A DNA stretch of 64,000 bases from Longimicrobiales bacterium (lineage in GTDB: Bacteria; Gemmatimonadota; Gemmatimonadetes; Longimicrobiales; Gaopeijiaceae). Made by a program: the position numbers and the translations under genes. The stretch's first letter is position 1; the number at the start of each line of letters is the position of its first letter. The stretch covers positions 832,001-896,000 of the forward strand of contig CBDFMQ010000002.1 in assembly GCA_965249725.1 (NCBI GenBank). Direction: 5' to 3'. The notes beneath the pieces were generated by a model that ran no database searches, had not been told where the DNA came from, and worked only from the letters and a program-made list of their open reading frames with translations. Below, piece after piece: positions 51,797 through 62,340 of the stretch.

Positions 51797-52735
51797 ATGT
51801 CTCTAGCACTACTGTTCCCCGGACAAGGGTCCCAGCACGTCGGAATGGGTCAGGCTCTGGCCCTGGCCTATCCTGTCGCGGCCCGAACGTTCGAGGAAGC
51901 CGACGACGTGCTGGGCTTCAGCATCTCGCGGCTCGCCTGGGAGGGACCGGAAGAGGAGCTCGTTCTCACGAAGAACGCGCAGCCCGCGATGCTCACTCAC
52001 TCGACGGCCGTGTACAGGGCGGTCGTGGATCGGCTGGGTGACGTGGCTATGGCGGCCGGGCACTCCCTCGGAGAGTTCTCCGCACACGTCGCGGCCGGCA
52101 CACTCGAATTTGCCGACGCGGTACGCACCGTGCGCCTCAGGGGTGAGCTCATGTATTCGGCCGGACAAGATCGTCCGGGCACCATGGCGGCCGTGCTGGG
52201 GCTGGGCGATGACGATCTGGTGTCCGTATGCGAGCAGGCCAGCTCGGAAGCCGGCACGTGTGTCCCCGCCAATTTCAATTCGCCGGGCCAGGTCGTGATC
52301 AGCGGAGATCTGGACGGAGTAGAGCGGGCCATGGAGTTGGCGTCCGAGAAGGGCGCGAAGAGAGTCGTGCAGTTGAGCGTGTCGGGGGCGTTCCATTCAC
52401 CGCTGATGACGCCGGCGGAGGACGGTCTCTCACAGCACCTCGAAAGCACCCATTTCAACGATCCCAACTACCCTGTCGTGGCGAATGTGACTGCGGAACC
52501 CGTCGTGTCCGCTGGCGGAGCCAGAGATCTCCTCGTGCGCCAGTTGACCTCACCGGTACGATGGTCCGAATCGGTGGGGCACATGGTTGCCTCCGGGGTA
52601 GAGGAGTTCATCGAGCTGGGGCCGGGTTCCGTGCTGCGGGGACTGAACCGACGAAACGCCAAGGGGATCTCCTGCAGCTCTCTGGGGGAGCCCGAGGATC
52701 TGGACAACTGGGAAGGTCGAGAAGGTCTGACATGA
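51797..52735 (+). CDS. fabD: Malonyl-CoA:ACP transacylase
   Basis: FPGQGSQ, GHSLGE, AFHS. Confidence 0.95.
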   Translation: MSLALLFPGQGSQHVGMGQALALAYPVAARTFEEADDVLGFSISRLAWEGPEEELVLTKNAQPAMLTHSTAVYRAVVDRLGDVAMAAGHSLGEFSAHVAAGTLEFADAVRTVRLRGELMYSAGQDRPGTMAAVLGLGDDDLVSVCEQASSEAGTCVPANFNSPGQVVISGDLDGVERAMELASEKGAKRVVQLSVSGAFHSPLMTPAEDGLSQHLESTHFNDPNYPVVANVTAEPVVSAGGARDLLVRQLTSPVRWSESVGHMVASGVEEFIELGPGSVLRGLNRRNAKGISCSSLGEPEDLDNWEGREGLT

Positions 52736-53469
52736 GCGAGTTGAGTGGGCAGGTAGCGCTGGTGACCGGCGGGTCTCGCGGCATCGGATTGGCCGTATCT
52801 GCGGAGCTGGCGAGGGCCGGCTGCACCGTCGCGGTGATCGGACGAAATGAAGAGACGGCCGAAGCGGCGGCCGGCGGGCTCGAGGGTGATGGCCATCGGG
52901 CCTACGGATGTGACGTGAGCGACAGCGAGAACGTGGCCACTGTGGTGGATCAGGTCACGGAAGACCTGGGGCCGGTCGATGTGCTCGTGAATAACGCCGG
53001 GATCACCAGAGACAACCTCTTCATCCGCATGAAGGAGGACGAGTGGGACGACGTCCTCGCGGTGAACCTCAAGGGCGCCTTCAACATGACCAAGGCTCTC
53101 GCCAGAGGCATGATGAAGCGGCGGAGCGGAGTGATCCTCAACGTCACGTCGGTTGTGGGCATCACCGGCAACGCCGGCCAGGCCAACTACGCAGCGTCCA
53201 AGGCGGGGCTCATCGGCTTCACCAAGAGCATCGCCAAGGAGTTGGCCTCGAGAGGGGTGCGGTGCAATGCTATCGCGCCCGGATTCATCATCACCGACAT
53301 GACCGCGGAACTCCCTGAGGCCACCGTCGAAGAGCTTCACGCCATGATCCCTTTGGGTCATTGGGGTGAGCCGTCCGACGTGGCCGGACTCGCACGCTTT
53401 CTCGCCGGACCCGGTGCCCGCTACATTACCGGCCAGGTCATTTCGGTGGACGGCGGGATGGCGATGTGA
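52732..53469 (+). CDS. fabG: 3-oxoacyl-ACP reductase
   Basis: TGGSRGIG, NNAGITRD, YAASK. Confidence 0.95.
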   Translation: MSELSGQVALVTGGSRGIGLAVSAELARAGCTVAVIGRNEETAEAAAGGLEGDGHRAYGCDVSDSENVATVVDQVTEDLGPVDVLVNNAGITRDNLFIRMKEDEWDDVLAVNLKGAFNMTKALARGMMKRRSGVILNVTSVVGITGNAGQANYAASKAGLIGFTKSIAKELASRGVRCNAIAPGFIITDMTAELPEATVEELHAMIPLGHWGEPSDVAGLARFLAGPGARYITGQVISVDGGMAM

Positions 53470-53535
53470 AGCAGGCCGACTCCCGATATTTCATCGTTAC
53501 TGATAGCAGCAAGAAATCACCCGTACGGAGGTACC

Positions 53536-53775
53536 ATGGCTGACAACACGGCATCGAAGGTCAAAGAGATCATCCTCAACGAGTTGGGCGTCGATCCCGA
53601 GAAGGTCACAGCGGAAGCGTCGTTCGTTGACGATCTCGGAGCCGATTCGCTGGACACGGTGGAACTCGTGATGGCCTTCGAAGAGGAGTTCACCATCGAC
53701 ATCCCCGACGAGGATGCAGAGCAGATGAGAACCGTCGGAGACGCGATCACGTACATCGAGAAGCACTCTGAGTAG
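53536..53775 (+). CDS. acpP: Acyl carrier protein
   Basis: [20 protein letters not shown]. Confidence 0.96.
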   Translation: MADNTASKVKEIILNELGVDPEKVTAEASFVDDLGADSLDTVELVMAFEEEFTIDIPDEDAEQMRTVGDAITYIEKHSE

Positions 53776-53796
53776 ACTCCCCCGCACGTGGTACTC

Positions 53797-55065
53797 ATGA
53801 CTGGACCAAACCAGAGCCGGAGAGTCGTTGTGACCGGCATGGGAGCGGTCACACCGGTAGGCAACGACGTGGAGACCACGTGGGATGCGTTGTTGGCCGG
53901 GAAGAGTGGGTGCGCCCCGATCACCCGGTTCGAGACCACCGACGAGTTCCCGACCCGGTTCGCCTGCGAGGTAAAGGACTTCGACGCGTCCCACATCCTG
54001 GAGCCCAAGGAGGTGAGGCGCTTCGATCGTTTCGCTCAGTTCGCGATGGTCGTAGCGGACGAGGCGATGAAATCGTCGGGACTCGATATCGAGAGGGACG
54101 GGGTCCAGCCCGAGCGTTTCGGCGTGATTTTCGGAAGTGGCATCGGTGGCATCTCCACCCTGGAAGCGCAGCACGACATCATCAAGGAGAAGGGTCCCAA
54201 GCGGGTGAGCCCCTTCTTTATTCCGATGTTCATCCCGGACATCGCCGCGGGTCTCATTTCCATTCGACACGGGGCCAAGGGGGCGAACTACGCGACGGTC
54301 TCTGCCTGTGCCTCCAGCGCCCACGCCATCGGTGACGCTCTTCGCTTCATCCAGCGGGGTGACGCCGACGTCATGATCGCGGGCGGAGCGGAAGCCACCC
54401 TCACGGCGTTGGCCGTGTCCGGCTTCGCCAACATGAAGGCGCTGTCCACCCGAAACGAGGACCCTCAAGGAGCGTCGCGTCCGTTCGATGCCGGCCGGGA
54501 CGGGTTCGTAATCGGCGAGGGCGCGGGCTGCGTAATCCTCGAGTCCCTCGAAACGGCGTTGGCGAGAGGGGCCTCCATTGTGGCGGAGGTCACGGGCTAC
54601 GGTGTTTCCGCAGATGCCTTCCACATCACCATGCCCGCCCCCGAGGGAGCGGGCGCCCAGTATGCCATGCGCATGGCCCTCGACGACGCGGGTCTCGAAC
54701 CTACCGACGTCGACTACATCAACGCACACGGCACGTCCACGATGGCCAACGACAAGAACGAAACGGCCGCCATCAAGGAAGTGCTCGGAGACGCGGCGTA
54801 CTCCGTCGTGGTCGGTTCGACCAAGTCCATGACCGGGCATCTGCTCGGAGCTGCCGGTGGCGTGGAGGCCGTGATCTGCGCCCTCGCCTGCAAACATGGA
54901 CTGATTCCGCCCACCATCAACTACTCCGATCCGGATCCAGACTGCGACCTCGACTACGCCCAGAATGGAGTCGTGGAACGAGACGTGTCGGTGGCCCTTT
55001 CCAATTCCTTCGGATTCGGCGGACACAACGTCTGCTTGACGATTCGCGTTTGGGACGGGGAGTAG
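53797..55065 (+). CDS. fabF: 3-oxoacyl-ACP synthase II
   Basis: [34 protein letters not shown]. Confidence 0.96.
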   Translation: MTGPNQSRRVVVTGMGAVTPVGNDVETTWDALLAGKSGCAPITRFETTDEFPTRFACEVKDFDASHILEPKEVRRFDRFAQFAMVVADEAMKSSGLDIERDGVQPERFGVIFGSGIGGISTLEAQHDIIKEKGPKRVSPFFIPMFIPDIAAGLISIRHGAKGANYATVSACASSAHAIGDALRFIQRGDADVMIAGGAEATLTALAVSGFANMKALSTRNEDPQGASRPFDAGRDGFVIGEGAGCVILESLETALARGASIVAEVTGYGVSADAFHITMPAPEGAGAQYAMRMALDDAGLEPTDVDYINAHGTSTMANDKNETAAIKEVLGDAAYSVVVGSTKSMTGHLLGAAGGVEAVICALACKHGLIPPTINYSDPDPDCDLDYAQNGVVERDVSVALSNSFGFGGHNVCLTIRVWDGE

Positions 55066-55099
55066 GCCGACTCGAGTTGGAAGATCGGACGGAGACTCC

Positions 55100-55654
55100 A
55101 TGAGGATCGGCTTCGGTTACGACTCGCACCGCTTCGACCCGACTCGGACGCTGATGCTGGGGGGAGTCGAGATCCCCGATCATCCCGGCCTCGCCGGTCA
55201 TTCCGATGGGGATGCAGTGGCCCACGCCATCGTAGATGCGCTCTTGGGGGCGGCGGCGGCAGGCGATATCGGGCGACATTTTCCCCCGAGTGATCCAGAG
55301 TGGAAGGGGGCCGATTCAATGGACCTGTTGGCTCGCGCCGTGGCGATGGTGTCCGAGCTCGGCTATCGCGTCTCGAATGTGGACGTCACCGTGATCTGCG
55401 AGCGCCCGAAGATGTCGCCTCATGTCGACCCCATTCGACGACGGCTGAGCGAGATACTTCGACTCCCGATGGATGCGGTGTCCATCAAAGGCAAAACCAA
55501 CGAGGGCATGGGGTGGATCGGAGCGGGAGAGGGGTTGGCGGTTCACGCGGTGGCTCTGCTTACGGACACCGGCTTCACGGACACCGGCTTCACGGACACC
55601 GGCTCCACGCACGCCGGCGAGGACCCGGAGCGTGTCGGCAGTCCCACGCCGTAG
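55100..55654 (+). CDS. ispF: 2-C-methyl-D-erythritol 2,4-cyclodiphosphate synthase with repeat-derived tail
   Basis: RIGFGYDSH, GHSDGD, GDIG.HFP. Confidence 0.94.
   Translation: MRIGFGYDSHRFDPTRTLMLGGVEIPDHPGLAGHSDGDAVAHAIVDALLGAAAAGDIGRHFPPSDPEWKGADSMDLLARAVAMVSELGYRVSNVDVTVICERPKMSPHVDPIRRRLSEILRLPMDAVSIKGKTNEGMGWIGAGEGLAVHAVALLTDTGFTDTGFTDTGSTHAGEDPERVGSPTP
55562..55618 (+). repeat. 15-bp tandem repeat ACGGACACCGGCTTC, 3 copies plus a degenerate one, at the ispF 3' end
   Basis: Encodes TDTGF-TDTGF-TDTGS. Confidence 0.85.
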
Positions 55655-55686
55655 GGTGGACCGCGTGCTAGAGGTCCGCTGAGACT

Positions 55687-56370
55687 GTGGACCCGATCCT
55701 AGGCTTCCTGAACGACAGCTCTCCCTTCCTCATCTATGTGGTTCTCGGGGTCGGAGCCGCTATCGAGAACATCGTTCCTCCGATTCCAGCGGATACGTTC
55801 GTGCTTCTTGGAGGATTCCTCGCTGCCCGAGGCCAGGCTAGTGAAGGCGCGGTCTTCCTGGTGACGTGGACCTCGAACACGCTTTCGGCCTTGGCGGTGT
55901 ACGCCGCCGGATACCGGTACGGTGCTTCGTTCTTTCGGACACGCCTGGGCCGGTACGTCCTCGATCCCGATCAGCTGCAGACCGTGCGCCGCTTCTATCG
56001 ACGCTGGGGGACCATGGCGATCTTCTTCACGCGCTTTCTTCCGGGCTTGAGGGCGGTTGTGCCCGTCTTTGCGGGTGTGTCGCATCAGAAGCCGCTGCTC
56101 GTAGCAGTTCCGATCCTCACCGCCTCGGCGATCTGGTATGGAGCCATCGTCTGGGTGGGGGCCCTGGCGGGACACAACTTGGAGTGGATCATCGCCTTGC
56201 AGTCCCGCGTAAACCTCACGCTGGCCGCGCTGGCGATCGTGCTCATCGGGCCGATCGTGCTGTGGTGGATCCAATCTCGCCGGAGACGACGTCGCGCGGC
56301 CAACCCCCACGGCGAATCCCGCGGCGATCTGGACGGGGATACCGGCGACGAGGAGGGGGACCCGTCTTGA
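55687..56370 (+). CDS. DedA family membrane protein
   Basis: ENIVPPIPAD, FFTRFLPGLR. Confidence 0.9.
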   Translation: MDPILGFLNDSSPFLIYVVLGVGAAIENIVPPIPADTFVLLGGFLAARGQASEGAVFLVTWTSNTLSALAVYAAGYRYGASFFRTRLGRYVLDPDQLQTVRRFYRRWGTMAIFFTRFLPGLRAVVPVFAGVSHQKPLLVAVPILTASAIWYGAIVWVGALAGHNLEWIIALQSRVNLTLAALAIVLIGPIVLWWIQSRRRRRRAANPHGESRGDLDGDTGDEEGDPS

Positions 56371-57266
56371 GTGCGGGTGACGCCTTCAGGGTCGAGCAAT
56401 ACCTCGACTACCTCAACTTCGAACGCGGCCTGTCTCCACGCACGGTCGATGCGTACCGACGCGATCTCGCGCGGTTCGTGGAGTTCGTTGAGAAAGAGGG
56501 AAGGGGCGGTCCAGAGGGCGTCACGCCACAGGACGTTCGCGCCTACATGGTCCACTTGAGTGGATCGGGTCTGGCAGCCACTTCCGTGCGTCGCGTCCAA
56601 TCGGCCCTTCGCACCTACTTCGGCTTCCTGCTGGAGGAGGGCATCTCGGATCACGACCCAACGGAGGGACTCGAGAGTCCGAGGGTAGGCCGTCCCTTGC
56701 CCGACGTGTTGAGCGTGGCAGAGGTGCTCGACCTCTTGGAGGCTCCTCGGCTCGATTCTGCGGTCTACTGGCGGGACAAGGCCATCCTCGAGGTGCTCTA
56801 CGCTACTGGGGTGCGGGTCTCGGAACTCATCGGCCTGAAGGTCGCGAATCTGGATTTCGATCTCGGTCTCTGTACCGTCTGGGGCAAGGGATCCAAGGAA
56901 CGCATGGTGCCGCTGGGTGGTCCCGCCTTGGTGGCCCTGGGGCGCTACCTACGAGAGGTACGACCGGGGCTGGACCGGGGATCGAGCGGTGGTCCCGTCT
57001 TTCTCAACCGGAAGGGGAAGGCGCTCTCCCGAACAGCGATCTGGCATCTGGTTCGGGAGGCCGGCCGCGCTGCGGGCCTCAGCAAGAAGGTGTCGCCTCA
57101 CACGCTTCGCCACACGTTTGCGACACATCTTCTGGAGGGTGGCGCCGACCTCGTGGCCGTCCAGGAACTCCTGGGTCACGCCGACATCTCAACGACCCAG
57201 ATCTATACGCACGTGGATCGAGAGTACCTACGGGGCATGCACAAGAAGTATCACCCCAGGTCTTGA
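56367..57266 (+). CDS. xerD: Site-specific tyrosine recombinase XerD
   Basis: YATGVRVSEL, GKGSKER, SPHTLRHTFATHLL, LGHADISTTQIYTHV; core-gene context. Confidence 0.88.
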   Translation: MSAGDAFRVEQYLDYLNFERGLSPRTVDAYRRDLARFVEFVEKEGRGGPEGVTPQDVRAYMVHLSGSGLAATSVRRVQSALRTYFGFLLEEGISDHDPTEGLESPRVGRPLPDVLSVAEVLDLLEAPRLDSAVYWRDKAILEVLYATGVRVSELIGLKVANLDFDLGLCTVWGKGSKERMVPLGGPALVALGRYLREVRPGLDRGSSGGPVFLNRKGKALSRTAIWHLVREAGRAAGLSKKVSPHTLRHTFATHLLEGGADLVAVQELLGHADISTTQIYTHVDREYLRGMHKKYHPRS

Positions 57267-57299
57267 ATCCCGGGTGCCGGACGCACTCGGCAGCTCCGG

Positions 57300-58928
57300 C
57301 TATCGGCCCTGCGGGGTTTCCTCGGCCTCGTCCTTGTCACCCTTCAGGCCTTCCGCGGCCGTGAAGAGATCGGACTGGGTTTCAGAGTCCCGCAAGAGTC
57401 GAATCGCCTCAGCCAGCACGGGATCTCGCAGCGCCCGAATCTCCATGTAGCGTCCCATCTCATCCATGCGTTCGGCGACCCGGGCGGATACACGCCACTC
57501 GAGGTAGCCCTCGATGACCGGATCCGAGGCGTACTGCCCGGCGACGCCCTCTTCGGCCAGAGCATCCAAAAATGCCCGCAAATCCTCTAGATCGACGCCG
57601 GGCGGCTCACCGTTGCTACGACGCGAATCGGCTTGGGCGAAGGCGAACTCCTCGATCCGCAGAACGAGGGGTATCTCATCTCGAGCGGCCTGAGACAAGA
57701 ACTCACGCTCGATGAGCGTCAGCGTGTCGTTCGCGATTTCGAGATCCGGGAAGATCCCTCCGCCGGCGACCAGGTCGCGACCGGCTTTGGTTTTAACGAC
57801 CGGAAACGTGTCGGGATCCTCTGGAACGGGGCGACCCTGTGCGGTCCGGGGTCGGTGCAGGGAGCGTCCCAACGGTGTGAACCACTCTCCGGTCGTAAGC
57901 CGAAGGTGCCGGGTCTCGGTGAGGCGGAACACGTTCTGGAACACGCCCTTGCCGAACGTCCGCTCGCCGATCACGAGCGCCCGGTCGTGGTCCTGCAGGG
58001 CCCCCGCAACGATCTCGGCCGCCGATGCAGAGAAGCGAGCGACAAGCACGATGACCGGCTTGTTCGGGAATCTGTCGGGCATCCGGGCATCCCAGGTCTC
58101 GTCCTGGTTGCGACCGTCCTCCCCGGGAACACGGCTCTCGGCGCTGGCGAGCCGGAGGCCTCGGTCGAGGAAGAGATCCCCGATCATCAACGATTCGTCC
58201 AGGTACCCACCCGGGTTCCCTCTCAGGTCTAGAATCACCCCTCTCGCCGAACGGAACGTCACCAAGGCGGAGTCCACTTCCTGGGAAGACGCGCGGGCCA
58301 CTCGGCCCAGGCCGATGTAGCCCACGTCGGTCGAGACCAGTCCAGATATCACCGCCGAGACATGCACGCTGTCCCGACGAATGGTGGGAGTCAGCGGCGA
58401 CATGAAACCCGCGCGAGCGATGGCGAGGCGTACCGGCGTGCCCACCGCACCCCGGATGGAGTCGGATGCCTGTCAGGTAGTCCACCCCTCAGTGGTTTGG
58501 TCGTTCACCCCGATGATCAGGTCTCCGACCTTGATCCCGGATCGCTCCGCCGGCGTTCCCCTGAAGACGGCCGTGATCGTAATGGCCTCGTTCAAGTTGG
58601 TGATTTGGACGCCGATGCCGGCATAGTTGCCGGTGTTGTCCTCTTGGAACTGGTCGAACTGAGCCGGAGTGAAGACCTGTGCGTACGGATCGGAGAGTTC
58701 GCGAATGAGGCCGTCTACGGCGCGATCCCACAAAGCCGAGTCCCCGACCGCTTGAAGCCCGTAGTCGCGTATCGCCTGGAATGCACCCAAGAACGTCTGG
58801 GCTCCACTCGAGACGGAAGGTGCCGCAATGTCCAGGCCGGACCCGGTGCTGCCGGAGGACTGTCCGGCTGCAGGTGCGGCGAGGAGAACGGCCACTGACA
58901 GGCCGAGGAGCGTCTTCCGAATCATCAA
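57300..58928 (-). pseudogene. S41 carboxyl-terminal processing protease interrupted by an in-frame TGA (58473-58475)
   Basis: ORFs 58473..58928 and 57300..58445 share one frame: EGWTT*QASDSIRGAVGTPV. Motifs DLRGNPGG, SASAAEIVAGALQD, TFGKG. Confidence 0.85.
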
Positions 58929-59086
58929 ATCTCTCTTAAGCGGATGCGATGTAATTCAAGCCGGGTCTTTAACCCCGGGCCATGTGGCCTCGTTCCCTCT
59001 TTACGATAGGCCTACGACTTCGACGCCCGACTCCTTACTTTTGCGAGAACACCTTTTCCACGTCGACGTCCCAGGAGACGCCGCGG

Positions 59087-60880
59087 ATGACACGACTCGA
59101 CGGGCGAACCCATTTTAGCGTGGGGCTGGCGCAATTCAAGCCCAAGAAGGCTGCTGTTGAGGCCAATTTGGCCCGCATCCGTGAGGTTGTGGACGGTCAC
59201 GCGGGAATCGCCGACGTAATGGTCTTTCCCGAGGCCGCGTTGAGCGGGTACTTCCTCAAGGGTGGGGTGGCGGAAGCGGCACGCACGGCCGACGAGGTTG
59301 GATCGGGGTTGGGTCAGGCGGGCTCGGACGCGCCGGATGTGGTCCTCGGATTCTACGAGAAGCACAAGCGCAAGCTATACAACAGCGTGGGGTACTTCAC
59401 ACCGGGCGAGGCCGGCTACGACCCCGTCCATGTCCACCGCAAGATGTTCATCCCCACCTACGGGGTCTTCGACGAAGCTCGCTTCGTGGAGGCCGGTCGG
59501 GATGTCCGAGCCTTCGATACCAGGTTCGGACGGATAGGCATGCTGGTGTGCGAGGAGATGTGGCACTCTCTGCCGACTGCGATTCTCGCGCTGGGAGGCG
59601 CGGAGCTGATCATCGGTGTGAGCGCCTCACCCGCCCGGGATCTCACGCCCAGCAGTGAGGGACGACCCCACAATCTGCGACGATGGGATGCTCTGGTGCC
59701 GGCCACCGCCTTGGAGCACGGCGTGTTCGTGGTGGTGAGCCAACTCGTGGGCTCCGAGGGCGGCAAGGTCTTTCCTGGTGGATCGCTGGCGGTAGGGCCT
59801 GATGGTGAGGTGTTGGCTCGAGGACCCCTTCTGGAGGAGGGGGTTACCGTTGCGTCGTTGGAGTCGGCGGCCATCGACCGGGCCCGGGTCAAGACGCCTC
59901 TCTTGGCAGACCTCGAGCAGGCCCTTCCTCATCTCAAGAAGGCTCTGGCGGCATCGCAGGATCCTGATGTGACGGGTGGCGTCACCACCGACGAAGCTCG
60001 CGACCCGGCAGCGTTGGAGTTACCCGAAATCCCGGCACATATGCCGGTGAGTCCGGACGACGAATCGGCTCTGGACCTCGACGTAGAGTTGGTGGAACGG
60101 GTGCTGATCGAGTTCATCAAGGAGGAGGTCGTTCGGCACCGGGGATTCGAGAAGGTCGTCATCGGGCTCTCCGGTGGAGTCGACTCCGCCGTTTCGCTCA
60201 GCCTGGCCGTGCGGGCGCTGGGCGCAGAGAACGTGACGGGCTTTCGGCTTCCTTACGCCACGTCCAGCCAAGAGAGCCTCGATCACGCGGCTCTGATGCT
60301 GGAGGCTACGGGGGCTGAAGGCCGTACCATCGAGATCACGGGGGCGGTGGACGCTTATGTCTCGCAGTATGAACCCGACCTTTCGCCTCTGCGAAGAGGA
60401 AATCTTGCGGCCCGACTCAGGTCCGTGATCCTCTTCGACCAGTCGGCCAAGCTGCGAGCCCTGCCCCTGGGGACGGGGAACAAGTCGGAGCGACTGCTCG
60501 GGTACTACACTTGGCACGCCGACGACTCACCGCCGATCAATCCGCTCGGCGACCTCTTCAAGACCCAGGTTTGGGCCCTCGCTCGCCATCTCGGCGTACC
60601 CGACGTCATCGTGGACAAGCCGGCCTCCGCCGACCTCGTACGAGGCGTTCATGACGAGGACGAACTCGGCATCTCCTATCACCGGGCGGACCCCATCCTA
60701 CACTGGCTGCTCAAGGGATATCGTCCGGATGAACTCAAGGGATTCGGGTTCCTGGAAGAGGAGGTCGACCGGGTATGGCGACTCCTGTCCTCGACTCACT
60801 GGAAGCGGGGATTGCCCACGGTAGCGATGCTCTCTTCGAGCGCCATCGGGGAATTTTACCTGCGGCCGGTCGACTACTAG
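59087..60880 (+). CDS. nadE: Glutamine-dependent NAD+ synthetase
   Basis: Nitrilase domain (FPE, HRK, VCEEMW) plus GLSGGVDS, GNKSE, DLFKTQV. Confidence 0.93.
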   Translation: MTRLDGRTHFSVGLAQFKPKKAAVEANLARIREVVDGHAGIADVMVFPEAALSGYFLKGGVAEAARTADEVGSGLGQAGSDAPDVVLGFYEKHKRKLYNSVGYFTPGEAGYDPVHVHRKMFIPTYGVFDEARFVEAGRDVRAFDTRFGRIGMLVCEEMWHSLPTAILALGGAELIIGVSASPARDLTPSSEGRPHNLRRWDALVPATALEHGVFVVVSQLVGSEGGKVFPGGSLAVGPDGEVLARGPLLEEGVTVASLESAAIDRARVKTPLLADLEQALPHLKKALAASQDPDVTGGVTTDEARDPAALELPEIPAHMPVSPDDESALDLDVELVERVLIEFIKEEVVRHRGFEKVVIGLSGGVDSAVSLSLAVRALGAENVTGFRLPYATSSQESLDHAALMLEATGAEGRTIEITGAVDAYVSQYEPDLSPLRRGNLAARLRSVILFDQSAKLRALPLGTGNKSERLLGYYTWHADDSPPINPLGDLFKTQVWALARHLGVPDVIVDKPASADLVRGVHDEDELGISYHRADPILHWLLKGYRPDELKGFGFLEEEVDRVWRLLSSTHWKRGLPTVAMLSSSAIGEFYLRPVDY

Positions 60881-60881
60881 A

Positions 60882-60992
60882 GGGGCCTCGGGCCCCGCTA
60901 ATACGGGGCCAGGGGCCCCATTACTACGGCGTACCTAGGGAGCTAAGGGCCCCGTACCTAGGGAGCCAGAGGCCCCATTACTACGGCGTACC
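60882..60992. repeat. Mosaic of short direct and inverted repeats between convergent genes
   Basis: GGCCCCATTACTACGGCGTACC at 60914-60935 and 60971-60992; CGTACCTAGGGAGC twice; several GGGGCC-N3-GGCCCC-like mini-hairpins. Confidence 0.75.
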
Positions 60993-62024
60993 CGTCCCGG
61001 CGCCGATGACCTTCCGCCGGATGTTCTCCAAGACCGGCAGGGGAGTGAGTTCGCCGTCGATGATCGAGGCCAGCTCCTCCTCTTCCAGCCAATGAGCCTC
61101 GAGGTCGGCCAACTCGAGTTCGAGCAGCCGCTGTTCGACTGCTTCGTTCGCTGCGATCTCGAGGGCGATGGCCCCGGTACGCTGAAGGTCACCCAGTCGA
61201 CGGCCCTCCTTGATCACGACGCGTGTCAGATCATGTGGGGTGCCGGCCTCCTGAATCAGCCGAGTCGCGGATCGCACGCGGCTTTCGGTGGCCCCGGCGT
61301 GGTGGTGGTAGGCGAGAACACGACGGGTGACGTGCTGGCCCTCTTTGCCCCCCAAACGGAGCCCTCCCTCTCGGAGGTCCCCGCACACGGGACACCGTTG
61401 GGTCACCGCCAGGGCATCACCAGGGTCCGCACCCGACGTGAGGATCAGGTGCCGTCGGTCGCGATAGGCCAGCGAACGGAATCGATGGCCGCATTTGGCG
61501 CACGAGTGCCGGCCACGCCAAGCACTTGATCCGAATCGCATCCACCGGGCGGCTTCGGCGACCTTGTCGGGCGCATTTTCCCAGAGGAACCAGGCGCCCA
61601 ACCAGCCTATCCCCCCTGTGGCCCATCCACCGGCGATGGCGGCCCCGGCCGCCGCCGTCCCCATGAACATGAGTTTCTTATGACTGGTGGCCCGTTCCGT
61701 GAGTTCCCGCCCGTACCTCCACCACGCCTCTTCCGTGAGGTCGGCCCTGCCCACCCGGACGACGTCGAGATGCCCGGCGCGGAGGAGCGCCACGTTGTCG
61801 GTCTGTGAGAGAAGGCGGGAACGGTCGGTAACGACCTTCTCCAGTTCATCGAGCGCCTCCCAACGGTCTTCGATAGGAGCGAGAGACCAACGTTTGCAGG
61901 ATTTGCACACGGCCCACAGTCGGCCACGCTCGGGGTCGTAGGCCACGCGTGTCGAGGTCGGAAAATGCTCGAGCTCTTCGTTGGTGGGGAAGGGCGTGTG
62001 GCAGACCAGACAGTGCGTGAACAA
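60981..62024 (-). CDS. Hypothetical protein with four CxxC motifs and a central hydrophobic segment
   Basis: CLVC, CKSC, CAKC, CPVC; GTAAAGAAIAGGWATGGIGWLGAWFLW. Confidence 0.75.
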   Translation of the reverse strand: MFTHCLVCHTPFPTNEELEHFPTSTRVAYDPERGRLWAVCKSCKRWSLAPIEDRWEALDELEKVVTDRSRLLSQTDNVALLRAGHLDVVRVGRADLTEEAWWRYGRELTERATSHKKLMFMGTAAAGAAIAGGWATGGIGWLGAWFLWENAPDKVAEAARWMRFGSSAWRGRHSCAKCGHRFRSLAYRDRRHLILTSGADPGDALAVTQRCPVCGDLREGGLRLGGKEGQHVTRRVLAYHHHAGATESRVRSATRLIQEAGTPHDLTRVVIKEGRRLGDLQRTGAIALEIAANEAVEQRLLELELADLEAHWLEEEELASIIDGELTPLPVLENIRRKVIGAGTGTP

Positions 62025-62340
62025 CTCAAAGCTCCGTTGACCGAGTGGACCTGGAAGGCTAGCCGCGGCACACTGCGCTCCCTTTCAGCAGCCTTCTAGT
62101 CGTAATGGCGATACACCTACCGCCGTGCTCTTGTTACGGGCGGACGGGCCACTTTATTCCACGAGCCGGCGGAGGGGCACAGTGGGGGCACAGTGGGGGC
62201 GCAGTGGGCGCCCGGCGGGGGCGCGGTGGCCGGAGTCGTCGACCCTGGCCTCATCCGGCGAGCCACTACAAGTTGCGGCCGAATCGTGGCCTTCTCGATT
62301 CGGATCTCCCATCGGTCCCCTGCCTGGACGGGCGAACGTC

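Noticed and set aside
49781..55065. Secondary-metabolite (PKS-like) cluster
   Set aside because: Canonical plsX-fabH-fabD-fabG-acpP-fabF primary fatty-acid operon.
26861..55101. Long antisense ORFs (e.g. 30195..31601, 31438..33165, 53497..55101)
   Set aside because: Shadow ORFs of high-GC genes on the opposite strand; no recognisable motifs.
55866..57266. 466-aa integrase marking a mobile element
   Set aside because: The N-terminal extension is off-frame overlap with dedA; the 299-aa core is a housekeeping XerD in core context.
58473..58475. Alternative genetic code or selenoprotein
   Set aside because: TGA is the normal stop of many core genes here, and the site is not a Cys-equivalent position.
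60914..60992. Mini CRISPR array (22-bp repeats, 35-bp spacer)
   Set aside because: Only two copies, the spacer is itself repetitive, the repeat overlaps a gene end, and there are no cas genes.
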